64,000 nt of DNA from Pseudomonadota bacterium (GTDB taxonomy: Bacteria; Myxococcota_A; UBA9160; UBA4427): assembly GCA_022361175.1 (NCBI GenBank), contig JAKSBN010000391.1, positions 8,457 to 72,456 on the forward strand, written 5' to 3'. The notes below the pieces were generated by a model. It was not told the DNA's origin. It made no database searches and worked only from the letters and a program-made list of their open reading frames with translations. The translations under genes and the position numbers were made by a program. Shown in pieces: positions 56,502-64,000 of this stretch. Every line of letters starts with the position of its first letter. Within the stretch, counting starts at the first letter, position 1.

Positions 56502-56751
56502 GAGGCCATTGCACGGCCAAGACGGACCGCCACCCCTGCCTCGTTCCCCCCGGCGAGCCAGGCGGAATCGAGGCGAGAAATTCGAATAGGAAACGGCTTC
56601 CCCCGAATCCGGCCCGAGCAGCCTACGGGCGCGCGGGAGCGCTTGTCAAGCGGACAATCGCCAGAAAAATCGTTCGTAGACAAGGGCTTGACTGCCATCT
56701 TGCGAGCATCCGGGGAGCCTGGCGCATCCGCTACCCTGAGCGGCCCTCGCC

Positions 56752-58092
56752 ATGGCCAGACCTCCGCTCATCGCCATCGTCGGCCGCCCGAACGTGGGGA
56801 AGTCGACGCTCTTCAACCGCTACGCCGGCCGCCGCCGAGCGCTGGTGGAGGACACCCCCGGTGTGACCCGCGACAGTCTCGCGGAGGAGATCGAGGTTTC
56901 GGGTCGTCCCATTCTGCTGGTCGACACGGCCGGCTTGGACCCGGACGCCGACTCGGGTCTGGAGGCCGCGGTGCAGGGCCAGGCGGCGGCGGCCGTCGAC
57001 ACCGCCGACGCGGTGCTCTTCGTGGTGGACAGCCAGGCGGGATTGCTGCCCGAGGACGAGGCGATCGCGCGGACGCTCCGCCGAGGCGACAAGCCGGTGG
57101 CGCTGGTGGTCAACAAAGTCGACGTGCCCAAGCACCAGGAGCGGCTGGGCGAGTTCTATCGCCTGGGCTTCGAGCCGACCGGTGCCGTCTCCGCGGAGCA
57201 CGGGACGGGCGCCTTCGACCTGTTGGAGCAGCTGGTCGCGGCGCTGCCGGAGAGGCCGACCGACCTCTCGCCCAAGGACGGGGTGCGCATCGCGCTGGTG
57301 GGGCGACCCAACGTCGGCAAGAGCTCGCTGGCCAACCGGCTGCTGGGGGCCGAGCGGGTGGTCGTGTCCGACGTGCCGGGCACCACCCGAGACGCGCTCG
57401 ACCTGCAGCTGGAGCGAGAGGGCGAGTCGTTCGTGTTGATCGACACGGCCGGACTCCGGCGGCCGGGAAGACGCACGGCCACCGTCGAGCGGGGCAGCGC
57501 CCTGATGACGGTGCGGGCGCTCGAACGCGCGCAGGTGGCGCTGCTGCTGGTGGACGCCGCGGAGGGACTCACCGATCAGGACGCGCGCGTCGGCAGCTTG
57601 GTGCGCGAGCGGGGCTGTGCGGCGGCGATCCTGGCCAACAAGTGGGACCAGGTGGCGAAGGAGGACCGGGAAGGGCGACTGGAGGCCATTCGTCACGGCC
57701 TGCGCTTCATGGACGACTGCCCGTTGCTGCCGCTGTCGGCCAAGACGGGGTCCCGGGTCGAGCGCATCTTCCCGCTGGTCTCGCAGCTGATGGAGGCTTC
57801 GTCGCGGCAGGTGCCCACGCCGGCCCTCAACGACTGGCTGCAGGAGACCGTCCGCCAGCACGAGCCGTCGATGGCGCGCAAGGGCTCGAGCCGGCGGCCC
57901 ATCAAGTTCTTCTACGCCACGCAGATGGACGTTTCGCCTCCGACCTTCGTGTTCTTCTGCACCGAGCCCCAGGCCGTGCAGGCCTCCTACCGCCGCTTCC
58001 TCGAGAACCGTCTGCGGGAGCGCTTCGACCTGGCCGGCACCCCGGTGCGCATTCGCCTGCGCAGCCGGGCGCGCAAGGCGGAGCGGGGCTGA
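56752..58092 (+). CDS. der: ribosome-associated GTPase Der (EngA), two G domains
   Basis: IAIVGRPNVGKSTLFN...DTAG and IALVGRPNVGKSSLAN...DTAG...NKWD, plus a KH-like C-terminus. Confidence 0.9.
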   Translation: MARPPLIAIVGRPNVGKSTLFNRYAGRRRALVEDTPGVTRDSLAEEIEVSGRPILLVDTAGLDPDADSGLEAAVQGQAAAAVDTADAVLFVVDSQAGLLPEDEAIARTLRRGDKPVALVVNKVDVPKHQERLGEFYRLGFEPTGAVSAEHGTGAFDLLEQLVAALPERPTDLSPKDGVRIALVGRPNVGKSSLANRLLGAERVVVSDVPGTTRDALDLQLEREGESFVLIDTAGLRRPGRRTATVERGSALMTVRALERAQVALLLVDAAEGLTDQDARVGSLVRERGCAAAILANKWDQVAKEDREGRLEAIRHGLRFMDDCPLLPLSAKTGSRVERIFPLVSQLMEASSRQVPTPALNDWLQETVRQHEPSMARKGSSRRPIKFFYATQMDVSPPTFVFFCTEPQAVQASYRRFLENRLRERFDLAGTPVRIRLRSRARKAERG

Positions 58093-58155
58093 ACGCTCGC
58101 TTCCGCGGCAGCCTCCGATACACTCCCGGCCCGAATCCGCGAGCTGAAGGACTCC

Positions 58156-58896
58156 ATGGCCAAAAGAGACTCCAATCCCGCCGCCGAGACCCTGGCCGAG
58201 CTGGACACGCTGGGCGATCGGCTGGCTTCCTGGACGGCGGCCAACATCCGCTGGGTGCTGACGGGCGCGGGCTTGGCGCTGGCGCTGGCGGCGGGCACCG
58301 GACTGTATCTGGACCAGCAGCAGCGTCGGGCCGAGGCCGCTTTCGATGCGTTGGCCCAGGCCCAGACCGCCTTCCGCGACGCCATGGGCGCGCCCGAGGA
58401 TTCGGCGGACATCCCCGAGCCCGCCAACCCGGAGACCGCGCGCGCCGCCCGCACCGAAGCCATCGAGCGCTACCGAGCTCTGGCCGAGGAGCACGCCGGC
58501 ACCGTGGCGGCGACGGTGGCCTGGCTCGAGGCCGGATCGCTGCAGGAGGCGTTGGGCGAGTTGGATCCGGCGCTGGCCACGTGGAGCGGTGCCGTCGAGG
58601 GGACCGAGGCCGACCAGGCGTTGCGGGGAATTCTGCTGGAGCGCATCGCGGGCGTGCACGAAGCGCGCGAAGCCTGGAGTGAGGCGGCGGAGGCCCACGA
58701 ACAAGCGGCCGACGTGCCCAGCTACCCGCTGCGTTGGGCCGCGCTGGGCGAGGCGGCGCGCTGCTGGGTCGAAGCGGGAGAGCCGGCGCGCGCGCTGGCG
58801 GCGTTCGACCGCCTAGAGGCGGAGGCGGCGGACCACCGGCTGCCGGATCACGTCGATTTTCAGCTGCGCGAGCTGCGCGCCAAGCCCCAGGGCTGA
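58156..58896 (+). CDS. membrane-anchored helical-repeat (TPR/YfgM-like) protein
   Basis: Single TM (VLTGAGLALALAAGTGLY), then an Ala/Glu-rich helical region. Adjacent to der. Weak call. Confidence 0.4.
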   Translation: MAKRDSNPAAETLAELDTLGDRLASWTAANIRWVLTGAGLALALAAGTGLYLDQQQRRAEAAFDALAQAQTAFRDAMGAPEDSADIPEPANPETARAARTEAIERYRALAEEHAGTVAATVAWLEAGSLQEALGELDPALATWSGAVEGTEADQALRGILLERIAGVHEAREAWSEAAEAHEQAADVPSYPLRWAALGEAARCWVEAGEPARALAAFDRLEAEAADHRLPDHVDFQLRELRAKPQG

Positions 58897-59582
58897 TTCC
58901 CGCCCGCCAGCCGGGGCGCCGCCAGCGGCGTGCGCGTTTCGTCGCGCTTGGCCTGGATCTGCGCAAACCCCTGGATCGGACACAGGCCGCGTTCGCCCAC
59001 CAGCACGAAGGGGAGCTTCCCCGCCGAGCGAAACTCGATGGAGGCCACCTCGCGCTCCAACACGCCGGCGCACGCCTCGTCGTTCGGCACCACGGCCACG
59101 GTGTCGATGCCGCCGGGAATCCCGATCAGGCCGGTCAACGCAAAGCGGCCTCGCGCCAAGGCGAAGTCGGCGTCCCGGTAGTAGACCCGATAGGTCGCCT
59201 GATCGCGGGGGATGGCGGTCGTCCGCGCGCGCCGGGGGCCGCGATCGCGCCACGCCTGGAGCGACAGGATGCCGACCGGGTCGCACGAGAGATCGCCCAC
59301 CTCGAGGCGGCCGAACAGCGCCAGGTTGCGGTACCGGACGTCGTCGGCCTCACTGCGGGCGATGGCGTCGCAGGCCTCGGTGCGCGGCAGAAAGAAGCGA
59401 TACGCGGCGCCGCCGGTCGTCACGGTGACGTCCAGGTACTGCGCCCGGACCGCGTGGAACTCGATGCGGCCGCCGCTGCTGGTTCCGGGGATCGCCGTTT
59501 GGCGCACGATCTCATCGGTGGTGCACGCGAGCGCGAGCAGACCCGCGAGGCCGGCTCCGAGGAGGGATTTCAAGGGGGGCAT
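58860..59582 (-). CDS. hypothetical lipoprotein
   Basis: MPPLKSLLGAGLAGLLALAC lipobox. The upstream part of ORF 58860..59765 is probably not translated. Confidence 0.5.
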   Translation of the reverse strand: MPPLKSLLGAGLAGLLALACTTDEIVRQTAIPGTSSGGRIEFHAVRAQYLDVTVTTGGAAYRFFLPRTEACDAIARSEADDVRYRNLALFGRLEVGDLSCDPVGILSLQAWRDRGPRRARTTAIPRDQATYRVYYRDADFALARGRFALTGLIGIPGGIDTVAVVPNDEACAGVLEREVASIEFRSAGKLPFVLVGERGLCPIQGFAQIQAKRDETRTPLAAPRLAGGNQPWGLARSSRS

Positions 59583-59991
59583 CGTTCGTTCCTCCGCGCG
59601 GCTGCGAACGACCGGCCGCCGTCGGACCGTCATCGGAGGGCGTTCGCCAGTTCCCCGCGTTCGCGGAGCCGCAGCCCCGACGCTTTCGCCGCAACCGGGC
59701 TCCGATGTCCGAACCAAGCCCCGGAAGCCTGGCCGAGGGTCTCGCGGCGTGCAACCGACGACCAACTGACGACGGCGCGGCCACCTCGGCGCCCCCGTTC
59801 AATCTTAGATTTAATGTCCGATAAGATAGATTATGTAAAGTAATGAATGCGCGTCGCTATGGGGGTGCCCGTGGGGCTCCGACGGCGTCTCCGCCCCCCA
59901 AATCCCCTTTACAGACCGAGGCTTGGCGCGGACTGGCGGGCCTGCCTTCCTGCCCGCCCCCGGGTGTGCTATCGAGCGCTCCGAATTCGGG

Positions 59992-61434
59992 ATGGGACCA
60001 CGCGTGTCGGAGGCGCTCGTCACAGCCACAAGTTTCGAAACGACTCGCGACCATTTCGCCGCCCACGATCAGGAGCACGTGTTCCGATTCTGGGACGAAC
60101 TGGACGCCGCGGGCCGTGACCGGCTGCTGGCCCAAGCCGCGGCCATCGATCTCGAACGACTCCTGCCCGCCGCCCGTACCGCCATCGACACGCTTCGAGA
60201 GGCGAAAGCCCCCGAACTCGCACCCCCCGACGACGTGCTGGAGCTCCCCGAACACGGTGGTGACCCGGGGGGATGGAAGGCCGCCACCGAGCGCGGCCGA
60301 GAGCTATTGGCCGCCGGACGCGTGGGCGTGATGGTGGTGGCGGGGGGCCAGGGCACCCGACTCGGCTTCGAGGGCCCCAAGGGCGCCTTTCCCGTGGGCC
60401 CCCTCTCCTCCCGTACGCTCTTCGCCCTGCAGGCGGAGAAGATCCGCGGACTGCGGCGGCGAGGCGGCGTTGCGGTGCCCTGGTACGTGATGACGAGCCC
60501 GGCCACCGATGCCGCCACCCGCGAGATCTTCGCGCGCGAGAAGCAGTTCGGACTGCCCGAGTCGGACGTTTTCCTGTTCTCCCAGGACACGACGCCGGCC
60601 CTGGATTTCGAGGGCCGGCTGCTGCTGGAGCAGCGCGACCGGATCTTCGAGAGTCCGAACGGTCACGGCGGAGCCATCACGGCCCTGGCGGCCTCCGGTG
60701 CCCTCGACGACATGGAGCGGCGAGGCATCGACACGCTCTTCTACTACCAGGTGGACAACCCCCTGGCACCCATCGGCGACGCAGCGTTCTGGGGCCACCA
60801 CGACCGCACCGGCGCCGAGGTCTCGTGCAAGGTCGGACGCAAGACGGACCCCATGGCCAAGTGGGGCCTGCTCGCCCGCTGCGACGGTCGTACGGGCGTG
60901 GTGGAGTACACCGAGATCTCGGACGAGCACCGCTACGCCACCGACGCCGCCGGCGAGCTGGTCTACTGGGCCGGCAACCTCGCCATTCACGTCTTCGCCA
61001 CCGACTTCCTGCGCCGCATGGCGGCGGACGCCGACGCGCGTCTGCCCTACCACGCGTCGGCGAAGAAGATCCCCTATGTGGATCGTCAGGGGCACCCGGT
61101 GGCCCCCAGCGAACCCAACGGCTACAAGCTCGAGCGCTTCGTCTTCGACGCCCTGCCCGCCGCCAACCGGGTCAGCCTCGTCGAAGCCCGCCTGCCGGAC
61201 GAGTTCTCGCCCATCAAGAACGCCGAGGGCGTGGAATCCCCCGAGACGGCGCGTCGAGACTTGCAGGCGGTGACACGTCGGTGGTTGACCGAAGCCGGGT
61301 TGGAGCTGCCGGCGCCGGACTGCGGCGTCGAGCTCGACCATTCGCGCATCGACGGCCCCGAGGAGGCGGCCTCGTTTCGCAGCCTGACTGAAGCTGGAGA
61401 TGTCATCCGAACCGCGCCGGGAGCGACAGCATGA
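59992..61434 (+). CDS. UDP-sugar (UDP-GlcNAc) pyrophosphorylase of the UAP1/UDPGP family
   Basis: [37 protein letters not shown], and KLERFVFD. Confidence 0.8.
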   Translation: MGPRVSEALVTATSFETTRDHFAAHDQEHVFRFWDELDAAGRDRLLAQAAAIDLERLLPAARTAIDTLREAKAPELAPPDDVLELPEHGGDPGGWKAATERGRELLAAGRVGVMVVAGGQGTRLGFEGPKGAFPVGPLSSRTLFALQAEKIRGLRRRGGVAVPWYVMTSPATDAATREIFAREKQFGLPESDVFLFSQDTTPALDFEGRLLLEQRDRIFESPNGHGGAITALAASGALDDMERRGIDTLFYYQVDNPLAPIGDAAFWGHHDRTGAEVSCKVGRKTDPMAKWGLLARCDGRTGVVEYTEISDEHRYATDAAGELVYWAGNLAIHVFATDFLRRMAADADARLPYHASAKKIPYVDRQGHPVAPSEPNGYKLERFVFDALPAANRVSLVEARLPDEFSPIKNAEGVESPETARRDLQAVTRRWLTEAGLELPAPDCGVELDHSRIDGPEEAASFRSLTEAGDVIRTAPGATA

Positions 61435-62168
61435 GCCCTGCCAAGAAGAAGACCACCAAGAAGAAGCCCGCGGCCAAGAAGACCGCGAAGAAGACACCGG
61501 CGAAGAAGGCCGGCAAGAAGTCGCCGGCCAAGAAGACCGCCAAGAAGGCGCCGGCGAAGAAGAAGGCCCCCGCCAAGAAAACCGCGAAGAAAGCTCCCGC
61601 CAAGAAAGCCACGGCCAAGAAGACGGCGAAGAAGGCCCCCGCGAAGAAGGCGCCGGCCAAGAAAGCCCCCGCCAAGAAGGCACCGGCGAAGAAGGCCGCC
61701 ACCAAGGCCGCGGCCAGCGCGTCGGCGAACGCGCGCAAAGCGCCGGCCCGCAAGAGCGCGGCTCGCAAGGCCGCTCGTGCGGCGGCGCGTCGTTCTGCAG
61801 AAGCCGCCGGCCCGGCGCCCAAGCCGGTCGCTGTCAGCGTTCACCCGCGGCTCGGCAACAAGTTCACCTGCTTCAAGTGCGACGCCAAGTTCTACGACTT
61901 GAACCGGCCCGACCCGGTATGCCCGAAGTGCGATACGGACCAGCGCGAGCGGCCCAAGCAGAGCACGCGCCCGGCGCCCCGCTCCAGTTCCCGGCCGAGC
62001 GTCAAACCGATGGCGCCGCTGCTGGACGACGACGACGACGCGACGGGACACCACGAGGAAATCGACCTCGGGGTCGGCAACGACGAATCGTCGGAGAGCC
62101 TCGAGGCGGCTTCCGAGTTCCTGGAGGACGCCGCCCTCGACGAGCCCGAGGAAGAGAGCGACGACTAG
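61431..62168 (+). CDS. histone-H1-like Lys/Ala/Pro repeat protein fused to a FYDLN-type zinc ribbon and an acidic tail
   Basis: About 90 aa of (A/P)AKK(A/T) repeats, then [24 protein letters not shown], then an acidic C-terminus (LLDDDDDA...DEPEEESDD). ATGA overlap with the upstream gene. Confidence 0.8.
   Translation: MSPAKKKTTKKKPAAKKTAKKTPAKKAGKKSPAKKTAKKAPAKKKAPAKKTAKKAPAKKATAKKTAKKAPAKKAPAKKAPAKKAPAKKAATKAAASASANARKAPARKSAARKAARAAARRSAEAAGPAPKPVAVSVHPRLGNKFTCFKCDAKFYDLNRPDPVCPKCDTDQRERPKQSTRPAPRSSSRPSVKPMAPLLDDDDDATGHHEEIDLGVGNDESSESLEAASEFLEDAALDEPEEESDD
61440..61710 (+). repeat. imperfect tandem coding repeats (aag aag gcn ccn gcn aag aag ...)
   Basis: Visible reiteration of gccaagaag, gcgaagaag and ccggcgaagaag units. 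Confidence 0.85.
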
Positions 62169-62184
62169 CGGTCGGCGGCTGTGA

Positions 62185-62616
62185 TCAGAACGAGATCAGG
62201 CGCCTGAAGTGCACGGCGAGCGCGCCGGTCTGGTTCTGGCGCAGGGCCAGCTCCTGTTCGATCTCGCGCACGCGCGCCTCGCGCTCGGCCAGCAGCGTCG
62301 CCACGTCGCGGGCGGATCCGGCCTGCTTCTGCACCCGTTCGAACTCCGCCACCCGGTCGCTCATGAAGGCCCGGTCGCGGGCCGGGGCGACGCGGCGCGA
62401 CGCGGCCGAGTAGCGCTTCTGCAGGGCCTCGGCTTCGGCGCGGTAGGCGGCCGCCAGCTGCTCCAGATCGGCCGTGGCATAGCCGGAGAAGGTGCGCTTC
62501 GTCTGCTCGGCCTGCTCGCGCTGCCAGTTGCGGTGGTAGTTGTAGCCGCCGAGGCCGACCACCAAGACCAGGAGGACGAGCAACGCCAGCCCGCCCTGCC
62601 CCTTTCCTTCCGCCAT
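62185..62616 (-). CDS. membrane-anchored coiled-coil hypothetical protein
   Basis: [27 protein letters not shown], then a helical Ala/Glu/Arg-rich region. ATG at 62616 checked in frame. Confidence 0.5.
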   Translation of the reverse strand: MAEGKGQGGLALLVLLVLVVGLGGYNYHRNWQREQAEQTKRTFSGYATADLEQLAAAYRAEAEALQKRYSAASRRVAPARDRAFMSDRVAEFERVQKQAGSARDVATLLAEREARVREIEQELALRQNQTGALAVHFRRLISF

Positions 62617-62630
62617 GACTCTCTCCCTTC

Positions 62631-63596
62631 CTACCCGAGCTCGGGCTCGATCCAGGCGCGCCGTTTCGCGGCCGCCAACCAGCGCTCGAGCGCCTCCCGG
62701 TCGACCAGTCCGCCCTGGGCGCCCAGGGCCTCGCAGTTGCGGGCGGCCGTGGCGTTGGCCAGCCGCAGCGCGCCGTCCTCGTCGGCGCCTTCCAAGAGAG
62801 CCCGTGCGAAGCCCGCGTGAAAGGCGTCGCCCGCGCCCGTCGTATCCCGCGCCGAGACCTCGAAGGCAGGGCTCGGCCACCAACGCTCGCCCGTGTATCC
62901 CAGAGCGCCCAGGGGCCCGAGGGTCGCCACGGCCAAGCGGGCCCCGAGCCGCACCAGCTCGCGGAGCCCCGCGCGCACGGAGCCGTCTCCCCACTTTTCG
63001 GCGAAATCCCGCGAGACCAGAGGAAAATCCACGGCGGCCAGGAGTGCGGCCGGGCAGCCCTCGGCGCGGTCGGCGTCCAGCAGCACGGCGGTTCCGGCCG
63101 CTCGGGCGCGCTCTGCCGCGCGCAGGGCGCACTCGGGATCCCCCGCGTCCAGGAGCAGCGTTCGCGCCGATTCGATCGGGGCCCGGGCCACCTGGTCGTC
63201 CGAGATCGCGAGCTGCGGATCCCGGTGCCAGACGACGCTCCGCTCGCCGGTGGCGACTTCGACCAGGATCAGGCCCGTCTGGGTCGGGCTCCCCGACACG
63301 CGTTCCACCCCGTCCAGGTCGACTCCCGCGTCGCGCAACGGCGCCAACACCCGCTCCGCGGCGGCGTCGGTTCCCACGTTGCCGACGTAGGCGCAGCGCA
63401 GGCCCTGCCGCTGGGCCGCCAACACGGCGGTCGCCACCTGTCCGCCCGGGAACGCGTGGGCGCTCCCCGCTTCCCGCTTGGCGCCGAAGGCGGGGATCCG
63501 GTCGATCACGCGCACGTGGTCGTGGGAATTCTGGCCGATGCCGAGGAGGTCGAACGAGCGTCCCTCCGGCACGGAGAACAGCGGCACCGCGGTCAC
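62631..63596 (-). CDS. PfkB-family carbohydrate kinase (ribokinase-like)
   Basis: C-terminal signature DTTGAGDAFHAGF and N-terminal GGQVATAV. Confidence 0.8.
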   Translation of the reverse strand: MTAVPLFSVPEGRSFDLLGIGQNSHDHVRVIDRIPAFGAKREAGSAHAFPGGQVATAVLAAQRQGLRCAYVGNVGTDAAAERVLAPLRDAGVDLDGVERVSGSPTQTGLILVEVATGERSVVWHRDPQLAISDDQVARAPIESARTLLLDAGDPECALRAAERARAAGTAVLLDADRAEGCPAALLAAVDFPLVSRDFAEKWGDGSVRAGLRELVRLGARLAVATLGPLGALGYTGERWWPSPAFEVSARDTTGAGDAFHAGFARALLEGADEDGALRLANATAARNCEALGAQGGLVDREALERWLAAAKRRAWIEPELG

Positions 63597-63600
63597 GTGC

Positions 63601-64000
63601 TCAGTAGAGCACGCGGTAGACGTGGAGGCTACGCATGACGCGCTTTACGTAGGTGCGGGTCTGGTCGTAGGGAATCGACTCGACCCATTCGTCGTCCTCC
63701 TGCGCCGAACCCGCCACCCAGCCCGAGACCGCCGTGGGGCCCGCGTTGTAGCTGGCGATCGCCGCCGAGAAGCGGCCGCCGAAGCGATCGCGGAGCTGCG
63801 TCAGGTACAGGGCGCCGAGGCCGATGTTGGTCTGGGGCACGAAGAGGTCCTCCGGAGCGAAGTTCGGCCGCCCCGCCGTGCGCGCCAGTCGTTCCCCGGT
63901 CTCGGACATGATCTGCAGCAGGCCGCGGGCGCCGGAGATGGACACTACCGACGGCCGGTAGCCGCTCTCCTCGCGCATGATCGCGTAGACGAGCGCACGC
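63601..64000 (-). CDS. lytic transglycosylase (SLT domain), C-terminal part; N-terminus lies beyond the right edge
   Basis: The frame stays open to base 64000 (..LVYAIMREESGYRP). SLT motifs ES, GARGLLQIM and YNAGP. Confidence 0.75.
   Translation of the reverse strand, partial: RALVYAIMREESGYRPSVVSISGARGLLQIMSETGERLARTAGRPNFAPEDLFVPQTNIGLGALYLTQLRDRFGGRFSAAIASYNAGPTAVSGWVAGSAQEDDEWVESIPYDQTRTYVKRVMRSLHVYRVLY

Noticed and set aside
61403-62054. Minus-strand ORFs antisense to the AKKA-repeat gene (FFAGAFLAG.. and LLGRR.. translations)
   Set aside because: They are mirror images of the lysine-codon repeat. The plus-strand reading has a zinc ribbon, an acidic tail and ATGA coupling to the upstream gene.
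1-64000. Screen for CRISPR arrays, rRNA/tRNA genes, transposases, integrases, toxin-antitoxin pairs or phage genes
   Set aside because: I found no repeat-spacer periodicity, no rRNA-like stretches, no cloverleaf-capable segments in the intergenic regions inspected, and no DDE, tyrosine or serine recombinase motifs in any plausible ORF. The only repeats seen are the short ones reported above.

Overview
This is a visibly very GC-rich bacterial window (about 70% by eye, not computed). The high GC creates many long spurious ORFs in alternative and antisense frames. I picked real genes by recognisable protein motifs, start-codon context and translational coupling (ATGA, GTGA or TGATG overlaps). 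Bases 1-50500 form one large, densely packed exopolysaccharide (EPS) / surface-glycan supercluster with five parts. (1) A UDP-2,3-diacetamido-sugar module of oxidoreductase, aminotransferase and acetyltransferase. (2) Many glycosyltransferases (GT2 x5, GT4, GT26, an ArnC/ArnT-like pair), a Wzx flippase and a Wzy-like polymerase. (3) An unusually rich decoration set: an MBOAT acyltransferase, four membrane-anchored SGNH hydrolase paralogs, two deacetylases, a sulfotransferase, a methyltransferase and a 2OG-Fe(II) oxygenase. (4) A stand-alone adenylation enzyme, carrier protein, AurF-like diiron oxygenase and FemAB-like GNAT block. (5) A PEP-CTERM/EpsH-type export core: priming sugar transferase, Wza-like exporter, chain-length determinant, BY-kinase-like ATPase, ExeA-like ATPase and a divergent exosortase-like membrane protein. 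That export core is translationally fused to a 2137-aa single-module type I PKS with atypical domain order (KS-AT-KR-DH-PCP-TE), a GT2 and a Tat-exported molybdopterin oxidoreductase pair. Bases 50500-64000 carry regulators (an FHA protein and a degenerate sigma-54-activator-like protein) and housekeeping genes: mutL, miaA, der, a UAP1-type UDP-sugar pyrophosphorylase, an H1-like/FYDLN zinc-ribbon protein, a PfkB kinase and a lytic transglycosylase. I found no rRNA, tRNA, CRISPR array, transposase or integrase. All family calls come from motif recognition by eye and need HMM or BLAST confirmation.
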